A stretch of DNA of 64,000 nt. Source: Candidatus Omnitrophota bacterium (GTDB taxonomy: Bacteria; Omnitrophota; Gorgyraeia; Gygaellales; Profunditerraquicolaceae). The stretch is from NCBI GenBank assembly GCA_016782485.1, contig JADHYK010000001.1, positions 30,081 through 94,080 of the forward strand, given 5' to 3'. Made by a program: the position numbers and the translations under genes. The notes under the pieces are model-generated. The model was not told where the DNA came from. It did not search any database and worked only from the letters and a program-made list of their open reading frames with translations. Shown in pieces: positions 53,325-63,068 of this stretch (positions are counted from its first letter, which is position 1; each line of letters starts with the position of its first letter).

Positions 53325-54244
53325 AGCTGTCGGTTAATATAGGTAAGCTTAAACTTAAGAACCCGGTAATGGTTGCCTCGGGCACATTCGGCTATGCCGG
53401 GGAGTTTGCCGGTTTTATCGACATCAATAAATTAGGGGCGATTGTCACCAAGACGATTACCCTTAAACCCCGCCCGGGAAATCCTGCGCCGCGCACCTGT
53501 GAGACGCCGGCAGGCATGCTTAATGCCATCGGCCTGGAGAATCCGGGGGCAGATGCCTTTCTTAAAGAGAAATTGCCGGCCTTGAATAAAATCGGCATTC
53601 CGGTTATTGCAAGTATCGCGGCAGAGACGCCAGGTGAACTTAAAGAAATAATTAATTTACTAAATGATGCGCAAGTCAATGCAATTGAGCTCAATTTATC
53701 CTGTCCCAATGTAAAAAGCCTACAGTCCACAATATCCGGCAGTCCACTGATTGCGCAAGATGCGCAAGCTACCCATAATTGGGTGAGAGCGGTACGCAAG
53801 GCTACCAGGAAAACAATAATCGCAAAACTATCCCCCAATGTTGCCGATATCGCTGAAATCGCCCTCGCCGCACAGCGCGCAGGCGCCGACGCAGTCTCTT
53901 TAATAAACACCATCACCGCAATGAGCATAGATACGAAGACCAGGAGGCCGGTGCTTGCTAATATTACCGGCGGATTAAGCGGCCCGGCGGTAAGGCCGGT
54001 TGCCGTAAGGATGGTCTGGGAGGCTTATCAGAAAATTAAGGTTCCCATTATCGGGATGGGTGGTATAATGGATGTTCAAAGCGCCCTGGAGTTTTTTATT
54101 GCCGGCGCAAGCGCAATCAATATCGGCACGGCAAATTTCATTAATCCCAGGGCAAGTATTGAGATTATCTCCGGGCTGAAGCAGTACCTTAAGGAAAATA
54201 AAATTAAGGACATCAATAACCTGATCGGGTCACTAAGGACATGA
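53321..54244 (+). CDS. pyrD: Dihydroorotate dehydrogenase (class 1B) catalytic subunit
   Basis: NPVMVASGTFGYAGEF, IELNLSCPNV, GGIMD. 307 aa. Confidence 0.9.
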   Translation: MKLSVNIGKLKLKNPVMVASGTFGYAGEFAGFIDINKLGAIVTKTITLKPRPGNPAPRTCETPAGMLNAIGLENPGADAFLKEKLPALNKIGIPVIASIAAETPGELKEIINLLNDAQVNAIELNLSCPNVKSLQSTISGSPLIAQDAQATHNWVRAVRKATRKTIIAKLSPNVADIAEIALAAQRAGADAVSLINTITAMSIDTKTRRPVLANITGGLSGPAVRPVAVRMVWEAYQKIKVPIIGMGGIMDVQSALEFFIAGASAINIGTANFINPRASIEIISGLKQYLKENKIKDINNLIGSLRT

Positions 54245-54933
54245 GGCCGGCGGCAAAAGTAATCCTCGCCTTGGATGTCGATAATTTCCAGAGGGCAAAA
54301 TATTTCCTGGACCGGCTTTATCCCAGGATAAAGATTTTTAAGGTAGGCATCCATCTATTCAGTGCCTGCGGACCCCGCATTGTTAAGGCCATCCACAAAA
54401 AGGGCGGGGAGGTTTTTCTGGATTTAAAGTTTTTTGATATCCCTAACAGCGTTGCCAATGCCGTGCGCCAGGCAGTGCGGCTTAGGGTAAAGATGTTGAC
54501 TTTGCATATCTTAGGCGGCGCACAGATGCTCGCTGTTGCAGTAAAGGCAGCAAAAGAGGAGGCAGGCAGGCTTGGGCTAAAACGCCCTTTATTAATCGGC
54601 ATTACGGTCTTGACCAGCAGGGAGAGCAAGCCCGGCAATGTCTTAATGCTGGCCAGGGCCGGCTTAAAATGTTCGCTGGACGGGGTTGTCTGCTCAGCCA
54701 GAGAAGCACAATCTTTAAGAAAAAGGCTAAAGAAGCGGTTTCTGATTATCACCCCCGGCATAAGGCCGGGTGGCTGCGGAGATGACCAGAAACGGACGGC
54801 AACGGTTAAAGAGGCATTAAGGGCAGGCAGTGATTTTCTGGTTATCGGCAGGCCCATATTACAGGCAAAAGATCCTCTGGCGCAAGCAGAGGGGATTTTG
54901 AAGGAGATAGGAGCTTATGAGCGAAGAGATTAA
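54241..54933 (+). CDS. pyrF: Orotidine 5'-phosphate decarboxylase
   Basis: VILALDV...FKVG, DLKFFDIPNS, PGIRP. Confidence 0.9.
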   Translation: MRPAAKVILALDVDNFQRAKYFLDRLYPRIKIFKVGIHLFSACGPRIVKAIHKKGGEVFLDLKFFDIPNSVANAVRQAVRLRVKMLTLHILGGAQMLAVAVKAAKEEAGRLGLKRPLLIGITVLTSRESKPGNVLMLARAGLKCSLDGVVCSAREAQSLRKRLKKRFLIITPGIRPGGCGDDQKRTATVKEALRAGSDFLVIGRPILQAKDPLAQAEGILKEIGAYERRD

Positions 54934-55519
54934 AGGCCTAATTGAAAAGATACGGGAAGAAGGGGTAATGGCCGCCGAAGACAAGGCCAGGCAGATTGAA
55001 GAAGAGGCCCGGCGCAGTGCCCATAACATCGTCGAGAAAGCCAGGAATGAGGCGCAGAAGATCATCGCAGATGCAAACCGGCAGGCAGCGGCAAAAGAGG
55101 CAAGTACAAAGGCCCTGCTGCAGCAGGCAGGCCGCGACCTGATGCTCAGCCTTAAAGAAGAAATTGACTCCATGCTGCATAAGCTCATCGTATCAGAGGT
55201 CCGCGAGGCCTTGAGCCCAGATGAGTTAATTAGAATTATCACTATGCTGGTCAAGGATTACAGCAGCAGCAAAGCTGGCGCCGATATTATAATTGCCCTC
55301 AACAAAACAGACTGCGAAAAATTAACTAAAGGGTTTTTGGGAAAACTAAAAGAAGAGGCCAGGAAAGGCATAGTGTTGAAACCTGCCGAAGAGATTAGCG
55401 GCGGATTTATCATCAGCTTTGACGCGGGAAAGTCGCACTATGATTTTACAGATAAGGCATTGGCTGAGTATATAAGTTTATACCTCAAGCCTCAGTTGGC
55501 AAAGATACTGGAGGCCTGA
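54917..55519 (+). CDS. atpE: V-type ATP synthase subunit E
   Basis: 200 aa. N-terminal coiled coil (EARRSAHNIVEKARNEAQKIIADA) and a globular C-terminus. Overlaps the pyrF end by 17 nt. Confidence 0.7.
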   Translation: MSEEIKGLIEKIREEGVMAAEDKARQIEEEARRSAHNIVEKARNEAQKIIADANRQAAAKEASTKALLQQAGRDLMLSLKEEIDSMLHKLIVSEVREALSPDELIRIITMLVKDYSSSKAGADIIIALNKTDCEKLTKGFLGKLKEEARKGIVLKPAEEISGGFIISFDAGKSHYDFTDKALAEYISLYLKPQLAKILEA

Positions 55520-56050
55520 TTGCCCGCTTATTACACTTATTTAGTCGCCAGTTTACCCTCTCTTGTTTTCGGGTCAGAGCCGCCTTTTTCCTTTCAGGGT
55601 TTTCTTAATCTCTGCCGGCCGCTTATACCCGAAGCAGGTTTTAATCTCCTGCAGCACTCAGATAACGGCAACCAGCCTACCTTGCAAAAGTGGCTTGAGT
55701 TTGACACCGCCTTAAGGAACGAACTGGTCAAGATCAGGGCTGCCCGTAAGAAAATTGACCCGGAAAAATACCTGCGCCGCGACGGTTTTGTGGACCCGCA
55801 GATCAGCCACAGCGCTATAAACGCTTACAGAAACCCCTCGCCCCTTGAGGGAGAAATGATGCTGGATCAGGCGCGCTGGCGCCTGTTAGATGAACTTTGT
55901 GCGGGGCATTATTTTGACCTGGACCTCCTGATAATCTATGCGCATAAATTATTGATACTGGAACGCTGGCAAAGGATTAAATCCGCGGATAGCCCTGCCT
56001 TATTAGAGGGGCTGTTAGAAAAAGGATCGCAATGGCAGAGAAGAGGATAG
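55520..56050 (+). CDS. Conserved hypothetical protein in the V-ATPase operon (DUF2764-like, as in Chlamydia/spirochaete operons)
   Basis: 176 aa, in the same operon position as the hypothetical gene between atpE and atpA in Chlamydia-type V-ATPase loci. Confidence 0.35.
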   Translation: MPAYYTYLVASLPSLVFGSEPPFSFQGFLNLCRPLIPEAGFNLLQHSDNGNQPTLQKWLEFDTALRNELVKIRAARKKIDPEKYLRRDGFVDPQISHSAINAYRNPSPLEGEMMLDQARWRLLDELCAGHYFDLDLLIIYAHKLLILERWQRIKSADSPALLEGLLEKGSQWQRRG

Positions 56051-57786
56051 GCCGTATAGTCAAGATTAACGGCAATATGGTTACGGTTGAGCTGGACAAC
56101 TTTGTCGTCCAGAACGAGGTTGCCTATATCGTCCACGGGAAAGAGCGCCTGAAGTCCGAAGTTATACGCATCAAAGGCAGGCTTGCCGAAATGCAGGTAT
56201 ATGAGAATACGGGGGGATTAAAGATCGGCGAGAAGGTCGAATTCACCAGCGAACTTCTTTCCGTGGAGCTGGGGCCGGGGTTATTGGGCCAGATATTCGA
56301 CGGGCTGCAGAACCCCCTGCCGCAGCTGGCAGAGAAGTGCGGCTTCTTCCTGCAGAGAGGTGTTTATGTGCATGCCCTTGAAGAGCGTTCAGAATGGCAG
56401 TTTACACCGCTGGCAAAAGCCGGCGATAGGTTGCGGGCAGGGGACAGATTGGGTTTTGTCCCGGAAAAAATATTCAAGCATTTTATTATGGTGCCCTTTA
56501 ATCTTTCCGGCAACCTGGAGGTAACTAGTATCGCCGAGCCGGGAAAATATAATTTAAAAGACACAGTGGCAAAACTGAAAGACGGCTCCGGCAGGCATTA
56601 TGAATGTTTCTTAAGGCAGTCCTGGCCGGTAAAAATCCCCATCGAGGCATATTCCGAAAAATTAATGCCCGTTCAGCCCCTGGTTACTAAAATGCGGCTG
56701 ATCGATTCGCTCTTTCCGATTGCCCGCGGCGGGACCTATTGCATACCCGGACCTTTCGGCGCAGGAAAGACCGTTCTGCAGCAGCTGACCAGCCGCCACG
56801 CCGAGGCGGACATAGTAGTTATCGCTGCCTGCGGGGAGCGCGCAGGCGAGGTAGTAGAGACCTTAAAGACCTTTCCGAAGATAACCGATCTTATGACAGG
56901 CAGGCCCTTAAGCGACCGTACGGTGATTATCTGCAATACAAGCTCTATGCCGGTTGCGGCGCGCGAATCAAGCGTGTACACCGCAGTCACCATCGCCGAA
57001 TATTACCGTCAGATGGGGTTGAATGTTTTACTTTTGGCGGATTCCACTTCGCGGTGGGCGCAGGCGATGCGGGAGATGTCCGGCCGCCTTGAGGAGATTC
57101 CCGGGGAAGAGGCCTTCCCCGCATATCTTGAATCGCGCATCGCCTCTTTTTATGAAAGGGCAGGGGTAGTCAGGCTGCGCGACGGGACAACGGGTTCGGT
57201 TACTATCGGCGGGACGGTAAGCCCTGCCGGAGGAAATTTTGAAGAGCCGGTTACGCAGGCGACGCTAAAGGTGGTGGGTGCCTTTCACGGGCTTTCGCGC
57301 GAACGCTCCAATGCCCGGCGTTACCCGGCGATAGACCCGCTGATCAGCTGGAGCAAATACAGGAGTTTTATCGATGAAAAGGTCAGCCGTAAAGGCCATC
57401 AGATTCTGCGCAAGAGCCACGACGTAGCCCAGATGATGAAGGTAGTCGGAGAAGAGGGCACTGCCCTTTATGACTACCTGGATTATCTTAAGGGTGAATT
57501 TTTCGATTTTGTTTACCTGCAGCAGAACGCTTTTGATAAAGTTGATGAGGCAACGCCGCAACAGAGGCAGGTTTACGTATTTAATTTTATCTACCGGATT
57601 CTGGAGGCGGAGTTTGCCCTGGAGGATAAAGAAAAGGCGCTGCATTTCTTCCAGCGCTTGAGGCAACTCTTTCGCGGATGGAATTCCGCGCAATGGAATT
57701 CCGCGGAGTTTAAGAATATAGAAGAGGAGATTTCTTTGTTCATAGAGGCAAAGCTCAAAAAACAGGACCAACCGATCAATGCATAA
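56032..57786 (+). CDS. atpA: V-type ATP synthase catalytic subunit A
   Basis: [13 protein letters not shown]-loop, non-homologous region, 584 aa. Contains a tandem 14-mer (57677..57705) encoding [11 protein letters not shown]. Confidence 0.95.
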   Translation: MAEKRIGRIVKINGNMVTVELDNFVVQNEVAYIVHGKERLKSEVIRIKGRLAEMQVYENTGGLKIGEKVEFTSELLSVELGPGLLGQIFDGLQNPLPQLAEKCGFFLQRGVYVHALEERSEWQFTPLAKAGDRLRAGDRLGFVPEKIFKHFIMVPFNLSGNLEVTSIAEPGKYNLKDTVAKLKDGSGRHYECFLRQSWPVKIPIEAYSEKLMPVQPLVTKMRLIDSLFPIARGGTYCIPGPFGAGKTVLQQLTSRHAEADIVVIAACGERAGEVVETLKTFPKITDLMTGRPLSDRTVIICNTSSMPVAARESSVYTAVTIAEYYRQMGLNVLLLADSTSRWAQAMREMSGRLEEIPGEEAFPAYLESRIASFYERAGVVRLRDGTTGSVTIGGTVSPAGGNFEEPVTQATLKVVGAFHGLSRERSNARRYPAIDPLISWSKYRSFIDEKVSRKGHQILRKSHDVAQMMKVVGEEGTALYDYLDYLKGEFFDFVYLQQNAFDKVDEATPQQRQVYVFNFIYRILEAEFALEDKEKALHFFQRLRQLFRGWNSAQWNSAEFKNIEEEISLFIEAKLKKQDQPINA

Positions 57787-59086
57787 AGTTTATACCAACA
57801 TTATTCAGATCGCCGGGGATGTTATTACGGTGGAGGCCGAAGGCGTAGGTTATATGGAGATTGCCCGGGTTTCTACGCGGCGCGGCACCTCCCTCGCGCA
57901 GGTCATCCGCCTCGACGGTAAAAAGGTCTCCCTGCAGGTTTTTGCCGGCAGCAGGGGCGTTTCGACGGGGGACGAGGTGCGTTTCCTGGGGCATCCGATG
58001 CGCATTGCCAGCGGCAGCGACCTCCTGGGCCGCATCTTTAACGGCAGCGGAGCGGCGATGGATAAGGGGCCTGCCTTGAGCCAAAATTTGGTTGATATAG
58101 GGGGGCCGTCGGTCAATCCGGTGAAAAGAATTATCCCCAATAAAATGGTGCGCACCGGGATTCCGATGATAGACCTCTTTAACTCGCTGGTGGAATCGCA
58201 GAAACTACCGGTATTTTCGGTAGCCGGAGAGCCCTACAACGGATTATTGGCCAGGATTGCCATACAGGCGGAAGTAGATATTATAATTTTGGGGGGCATG
58301 GGCTTAAAGTATGACGACTACCTGTTCTTCAGAGATACCCTGCAAAAACAGGGGGCGCTGTCGCGTTCGATATTCTTTATACATACTGCCGCAGACCCGA
58401 CGGTAGAGTGCCTCCTGGTGCCAGACATCAGCTTAGCGGTAGCAGAGCAGTTTGCCTTAAACGGAAAACGCGTCCTGGTTTTGCTTACGGATATGACAAA
58501 TTTTTGCGATGCGCTGAAAGAAATCTCCATTACTATGGAGCAGGTCCCCTCAAACCGCGGATACCCCGGAGACTTATACAGCCAGCTGGCTGCGCGTTAT
58601 GAGAAGGCAGTTGATTTCGAGGGGGCAGGTTCAATTACCATATTGGCCGCCACCACCATGCCCGGCGATGATGTCACCCATCCGGTGCCGGATAATACCG
58701 GTTATATTACCGAAGGGCAATTCTATCTTAAGGGCGGGGTAATAGAGCCCTTTGGCTCGTTAAGCCGTTTAAAGCAACAGGTTAACGGCAAGACGCGCGC
58801 TGACCATCGTACGATAATGGATACAATGATTCAGTTGTTTGCCAGTTATCGCGAAGCCCTGGAAAAACAATCTATGGGGTTTCAGATGAGTTCGTGGGAT
58901 AACAAGCTGCTGAAATACGGCAGGCTTTTTGAAAGCGAAATGATGTCGCTTGAGGTTAATATCTCCCTTGAGAACGCGCTTGACCGCGGGTGGCAGCTTT
59001 TAGCGGAGTGTTTCACTCCTGAAGAGACCGGTATAAAGAAGTCGATGATAGAGCAGTATTGGCCAAAAACAGTAGTTAGTAGATAG
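57779..59086 (+). CDS. atpB: V-type ATP synthase subunit B
   Basis: 435 aa, regulatory B subunit. [18 protein letters not shown]. Confidence 0.95.
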   Translation: MHKVYTNIIQIAGDVITVEAEGVGYMEIARVSTRRGTSLAQVIRLDGKKVSLQVFAGSRGVSTGDEVRFLGHPMRIASGSDLLGRIFNGSGAAMDKGPALSQNLVDIGGPSVNPVKRIIPNKMVRTGIPMIDLFNSLVESQKLPVFSVAGEPYNGLLARIAIQAEVDIIILGGMGLKYDDYLFFRDTLQKQGALSRSIFFIHTAADPTVECLLVPDISLAVAEQFALNGKRVLVLLTDMTNFCDALKEISITMEQVPSNRGYPGDLYSQLAARYEKAVDFEGAGSITILAATTMPGDDVTHPVPDNTGYITEGQFYLKGGVIEPFGSLSRLKQQVNGKTRADHRTIMDTMIQLFASYREALEKQSMGFQMSSWDNKLLKYGRLFESEMMSLEVNISLENALDRGWQLLAECFTPEETGIKKSMIEQYWPKTVVSR

Positions 59087-59100
59087 TAGTTGGTAGATAG
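59071..59100 (+). repeat. Heptamer tandem repeat (AGTAGTT AGTAGAT AGTAGTT GGTAGAT) spanning the atpB stop and the atpB-atpD spacer
   Basis: Read from sequence. Gives TAG stops in several frames. Confidence 0.6.
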
Positions 59101-59115
59101 GGTGGCAGAGGAAAG

Positions 59116-59730
59116 ATGAAGGTTAAATTTACAAAAGGGGAATTAAAAAGGCAGAGGGATGCCCTGAGGCAGTATGAACGCTATCTGCCCACCTTGCAGC
59201 TTAAGAAACAACAGTTACAGGCGGAAATTCTGCGCCAGTTGATTGCCCTGGAAGAAAAAAGAAGGGATGAAGTAAAGAGAAGGCATAGTATAGAAAATTG
59301 GGCAGGGCTTTTCAGCGACCCAGGAATAGACATAAGCCGCTGGATCAGGCCTAAAGAAATCGTCTGCAACAGAAGAAATATTGCCGGTGTTGACCTTCCT
59401 GTTTTTGGCCAGGTTAAATTTGATCTTGCGGAGTATGACCTGTTCAGTGCGCCCCTGTGGGTTGACAATGCCATCGAGGCAGTCAGGTCGCTGGCTTGCC
59501 TCCGTGAAGAGATAAAGGTACTGGAAAAAGCAATGGCGGTCTTAAGGCGCGAACTTAGAATTACGACGCAACGGGTCAATCTTTTTGAAAAGGTAAAAAT
59601 CCCCGAGGCAGAGGAGGCGATACGGCTGATTAAGATTTATATCGGCGACCAGATGGCCAATGCCGTCGGCCGCAGCAAAATCGCCAAAAGGAAAATAGAA
59701 GGGGTTGTTCTCGAAGAGGTGGCGGCATGA
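59116..59730 (+). CDS. atpD: V-type ATP synthase subunit D
   Basis: 204 aa coiled-coil central-stalk protein. MKVKFTKGELKRQRDALRQYERYLPTLQLKKQQLQ. Confidence 0.8.
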   Translation: MKVKFTKGELKRQRDALRQYERYLPTLQLKKQQLQAEILRQLIALEEKRRDEVKRRHSIENWAGLFSDPGIDISRWIRPKEIVCNRRNIAGVDLPVFGQVKFDLAEYDLFSAPLWVDNAIEAVRSLACLREEIKVLEKAMAVLRRELRITTQRVNLFEKVKIPEAEEAIRLIKIYIGDQMANAVGRSKIAKRKIEGVVLEEVAA

Positions 59731-61532
59731 TCGTCCCGATGAAGAAGATTGCGGTAATCGTGCAGGCAAAGGACTCCGGGGCCACAATAGAGGCACTGCG
59801 TTCATTGGGAGTATTGCATGTGGAACACCAGGAGGTGCCTCAGGGGAAGGACATTACGGCCCTCAGGGAAGATATAGCTACTATAGAGCGCGCGCTGGCT
59901 GTTTTATCCGAGGCAGAAACCCGGCAAAGGCCGCTTTCGCTACCTGCCAGGGAAATAGAAGATTGGCGTTTTACTGCCAGGCATATTATCGAATTGCACA
60001 AGAGGCTTGACCAGCTGCAGGAGTATTCAAAAGCCATTATTAATAATATTGTACAATGGCAGGACTGGGGGGATTTTGAACCGCAGAAGATTACAGCACT
60101 TGAAGAGAAAAATATTTTTATCAAATTTTATCAGATTCCGGCAAAAGAAATAGCTGCCCTGCCGCTGCCGCAGGGGGCAACCCTTAAAAAAATCTCTGTT
60201 AAGGCCGGCGTGGTTAATTGCATTATTATAGCGCGTAAAAAATTATCGCTTCCTTACCGGGAAATCGGGCTGCCGAAGATGGGGCTTACTCAGATGCGCG
60301 CCAAACTGGCTGAGGATAGCAAGGTGATGGAATGGCTCAGAGAAGATATATGCAGGCACATTGCCTATCGTGAAAGTCTTATGCAGGTAAAAAGTTCCCT
60401 GGTAAAAGAGTTGGAGTATGCGCGGGTCTTAAACGGCATGGGCAGGCTGGAAACCATCGCTTATCTGGCAGGTTATGTCCCTTACGACAGGGTAGAGTTG
60501 ATTACCGCAACAGCTAATAAAGAGAGGTGGGGGATAACGGTAACCGACCCCTCGGAGGAAGATAGTGTCCCCACTTTAATCCGTAACCCCCGCTGGATTT
60601 CGATCATCAGCCCTGTCTTTGAGGTGATCGAGGTTGTACCGGGATACCGCGAGCTCGATATCAGCCTGTGGTTTCTGGTTTTCTTCTCGGTTTTTTTCGG
60701 CATCCTTATCGGCGATGCCGGATACGGGGCAATATTTTTTATGCTCACCCTGGCGGCACAGTTACGGCTGGGTAAAAGAATCAAACAAAAATCCGTTTTT
60801 GCCCTCTTTTATATTTTAAGCGCCTGCGCTGTTATTTGGGGGGTCTTAAGCGGGACATTCTTCGGCCAGGAATGGCTGCCCCAGTGGGTGCGGCCGGTTA
60901 TCCCGGCGCTACGCAACGACAGGAGCGTACAAGGATTTTGTTTTCTCCTGGGTGCAGTGCATCTGAGCATAGCGCACTTTTGGCGGGGGATGATAAAATT
61001 CCCCTCGCTGAAAACCCTGGCTGATTTAGGGTGGGCCTTTATACTTTGGGGGGCGTATTTTCTTGCCCGGTTATTGATTTTAGCGGATGCATATCCTGCA
61101 TTCGCCAACTGGCTTTTTATCGCCGGCGGGACTTTAGTAATATTCTTTACCAACCCCAGCAGAAACTTACTGAAAGGGATCAGTTCAGGAATAGGCAATC
61201 TTCTCCTGAACCTCGTCGGTAATTTTACCGATATAGTTTCCTATATCCGCCTTTTCGCAGTGGGCCTGGCAACGGTTGCGGTGGCCGATACCTTTAATAA
61301 AATGGCGCTTGATATAGGATACAGCAGTTTCTTGACCGGATTATTTTCCTCTTTAATTCTTCTGTTGGGGCACGGCTTGAATATCCTGCTCGGGCCGATG
61401 GCGATTCTGGTGCACGGGGTAAGGCTTAATGTACTGGAGTTCTGCAATCACCTGGATATAAAATGGAGCGGTTTTTCATATAATCCGTTACGCGAACATA
61501 CGGGGGCTGTCCCTGACATTGAAAGGAGTTAG
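59727..61532 (+). CDS. atpI: V-type ATP synthase subunit I (membrane a subunit)
   Basis: 601 aa. Cytoplasmic N-terminal half and a 7-8 TM C-terminal half with conserved Arg (ILLGPMAILVHGVRLNVLEF). Confidence 0.85.
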   Translation: MIVPMKKIAVIVQAKDSGATIEALRSLGVLHVEHQEVPQGKDITALREDIATIERALAVLSEAETRQRPLSLPAREIEDWRFTARHIIELHKRLDQLQEYSKAIINNIVQWQDWGDFEPQKITALEEKNIFIKFYQIPAKEIAALPLPQGATLKKISVKAGVVNCIIIARKKLSLPYREIGLPKMGLTQMRAKLAEDSKVMEWLREDICRHIAYRESLMQVKSSLVKELEYARVLNGMGRLETIAYLAGYVPYDRVELITATANKERWGITVTDPSEEDSVPTLIRNPRWISIISPVFEVIEVVPGYRELDISLWFLVFFSVFFGILIGDAGYGAIFFMLTLAAQLRLGKRIKQKSVFALFYILSACAVIWGVLSGTFFGQEWLPQWVRPVIPALRNDRSVQGFCFLLGAVHLSIAHFWRGMIKFPSLKTLADLGWAFILWGAYFLARLLILADAYPAFANWLFIAGGTLVIFFTNPSRNLLKGISSGIGNLLLNLVGNFTDIVSYIRLFAVGLATVAVADTFNKMALDIGYSSFLTGLFSSLILLLGHGLNILLGPMAILVHGVRLNVLEFCNHLDIKWSGFSYNPLREHTGAVPDIERS

Positions 61533-61537
61533 CCACT

Positions 61538-61996
61538 ATGGAGACAACAGGCATACTGGTACAATTTAAGGATCTGGGTTTAGCAGCGGCATTGGCATTA
61601 TCCGCAGTAGGCTCGGCAATAGGCACCGGCATTGCCGGGATGAGCGCGGTAGGCGCCTGGAAAAAGGCGTTTATCCAGAATAAGACGGCATCGTTTATGC
61701 TGGTAGTCTTTGTAGGCGCGCCGCTTACGCAGACTATCTACGGGATGATCGTGATGAACCGGATGGTTGAGCTGGCGCTCAAAGGCAGTTATCTGTGGGG
61801 CGTAGGGGTATTCTGCGGGTTGGCTATCGGTTTCTCGGCGGTGATGCAGGGTAAGGCCGGGGCAGTGGCTGCGGATGCAATGGGTGAGACCGGTAAGGGA
61901 TTCGGGAATTATATCGTGGTTTTGGGCGTTATTGAAACGGTTGCCCTCTTTGTGATGGCCTTTGCAATGGGGCTGCTTGGTAAGTTGGCGGGTTAA
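61538..61996 (+). CDS. atpK: V-type ATP synthase proteolipid subunit K (4-TM c subunit)
   Basis: 152 aa, two hairpins, conserved Glu in GVIETVALFVMAFAM. Confidence 0.85.
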   Translation: METTGILVQFKDLGLAAALALSAVGSAIGTGIAGMSAVGAWKKAFIQNKTASFMLVVFVGAPLTQTIYGMIVMNRMVELALKGSYLWGVGVFCGLAIGFSAVMQGKAGAVAADAMGETGKGFGNYIVVLGVIETVALFVMAFAMGLLGKLAG

Positions 61997-62002
61997 ATCT
62001 GT

Positions 62003-62079
62003 GGGCGCTTGGCTCAGTTGGTTAGAGCGGTAGATTTACATTCTACAGGTCAGAGGTTCAAGTCCTCTAGCGCCCACCA
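62003..62079 (+). tRNA. tRNA-Val (anticodon TAC), CCA encoded
   Basis: GGGCGCTTGGCTCAGTTGGTTAGAGCGGTAGATTTACATTCTACAGGTCAGAGGTTCAAGTCCTCTAGCGCCCACCA. Anticodon loop TTTACAT. Confidence 0.85.
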
Positions 62080-62087
62080 ATTATAAT

Positions 62088-63068
62088 ATGTATATCCTTG
62101 AAAGCACAAACAGGTTTAGAAGAATAGAGAGAAGGTTTAATGTCCCTATGCAAGATTTAATTTATCAGATGCATTGGTTGGAAGATATGAAGCATCGGGA
62201 TATCGCTCTAAATTTACATGTTCCCAGAGCCACGATAACAAGGTGGTTCAGGCATTTTAAACTTCCGACGCAGAGTTGCAGAAGGTTTACCGATAAGAAT
62301 CTTACCAGTTGGCTGTATAAGACCGGGCAATTAAAGAAAAAAGTAAGATATGCCGGTCCGGATAGAAGAATTCAAGTAGCCAAATCTAGGGTTAACGTCG
62401 ATTTCTTCAAGAAATGGTCTGCGGGAATGGCGTATGTTCTGGGATACTTTGCGGCGGATGGTTCTATGTATATTAATCCTAATGGCTCAAAATATATTGC
62501 TTTTTATTCTAATGATTTAGAAATACTGAAGAAAATCAAATTCTCTTTAAACTCTGGCCATAAAATTGCTTTAAGAAAAAGATACAATAAAAACTGGAAG
62601 GATTCTTTTATATTGCAAATTGGCTCTGCTGAGATGTATAAAGATTTAATTAAATTAGGGTTCAGCCCCAAAAAGGAATTGAGGCTCAAACTCCCAAAGG
62701 TTCCCAGAAGATATTTAAGACACTTTATAAGGGGGTATTTTGATGGAGACGGCAATATCAGCTACAACTATTACCGTAAATCAACAAATCCCAATGCTAA
62801 ATTTATGCATCAACAGATTATTTTTGCAGCAGCCAATAAGAATTTTGTAAAAGCATTAGAAAATAGATTATCAGAAGTTGCAAAAATTTCTTATTCTTGT
62901 TTTAAGAGTGCCAAAGACAGCAACAGCCACTATTTAATATATTACAGACAAAAAGAAATTCTTAAGTTAATTAAATTTATGTACAGTAATGTCAATTCTT
63001 TGTTGTATTTAAATAGAAAATATGATAAGTTTATGAGTTGGAAACGTCTCATCGGGGACGTAGCGTAG
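62088..63068 (+). CDS. Free-standing LAGLIDADG homing endonuclease with an N-terminal HTH-like region, in an AT-rich segment between two tRNA genes
   Basis: Two LAGLIDADG motifs (MAYVLGYFAADGSMYI; LRHFIRGYFDGDGNISY). N-terminal HRDIALNLHVPRATITRWF. Local AT content is much higher than the surrounding DNA. The last 15 nt overlap the tRNA-Asp 5' end. Confidence 0.75.
   Translation: MYILESTNRFRRIERRFNVPMQDLIYQMHWLEDMKHRDIALNLHVPRATITRWFRHFKLPTQSCRRFTDKNLTSWLYKTGQLKKKVRYAGPDRRIQVAKSRVNVDFFKKWSAGMAYVLGYFAADGSMYINPNGSKYIAFYSNDLEILKKIKFSLNSGHKIALRKRYNKNWKDSFILQIGSAEMYKDLIKLGFSPKKELRLKLPKVPRRYLRHFIRGYFDGDGNISYNYYRKSTNPNAKFMHQQIIFAAANKNFVKALENRLSEVAKISYSCFKSAKDSNSHYLIYYRQKEILKLIKFMYSNVNSLLYLNRKYDKFMSWKRLIGDVA

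Noticed and set aside
59840-61447. Multiple 60-130-aa ORFs antisense or out of frame within atpI/atpK (for example 60809..61198 and 61241..61447)
   Set aside because: They overlap the well-conserved V-ATPase I subunit gene and lack any motifs.
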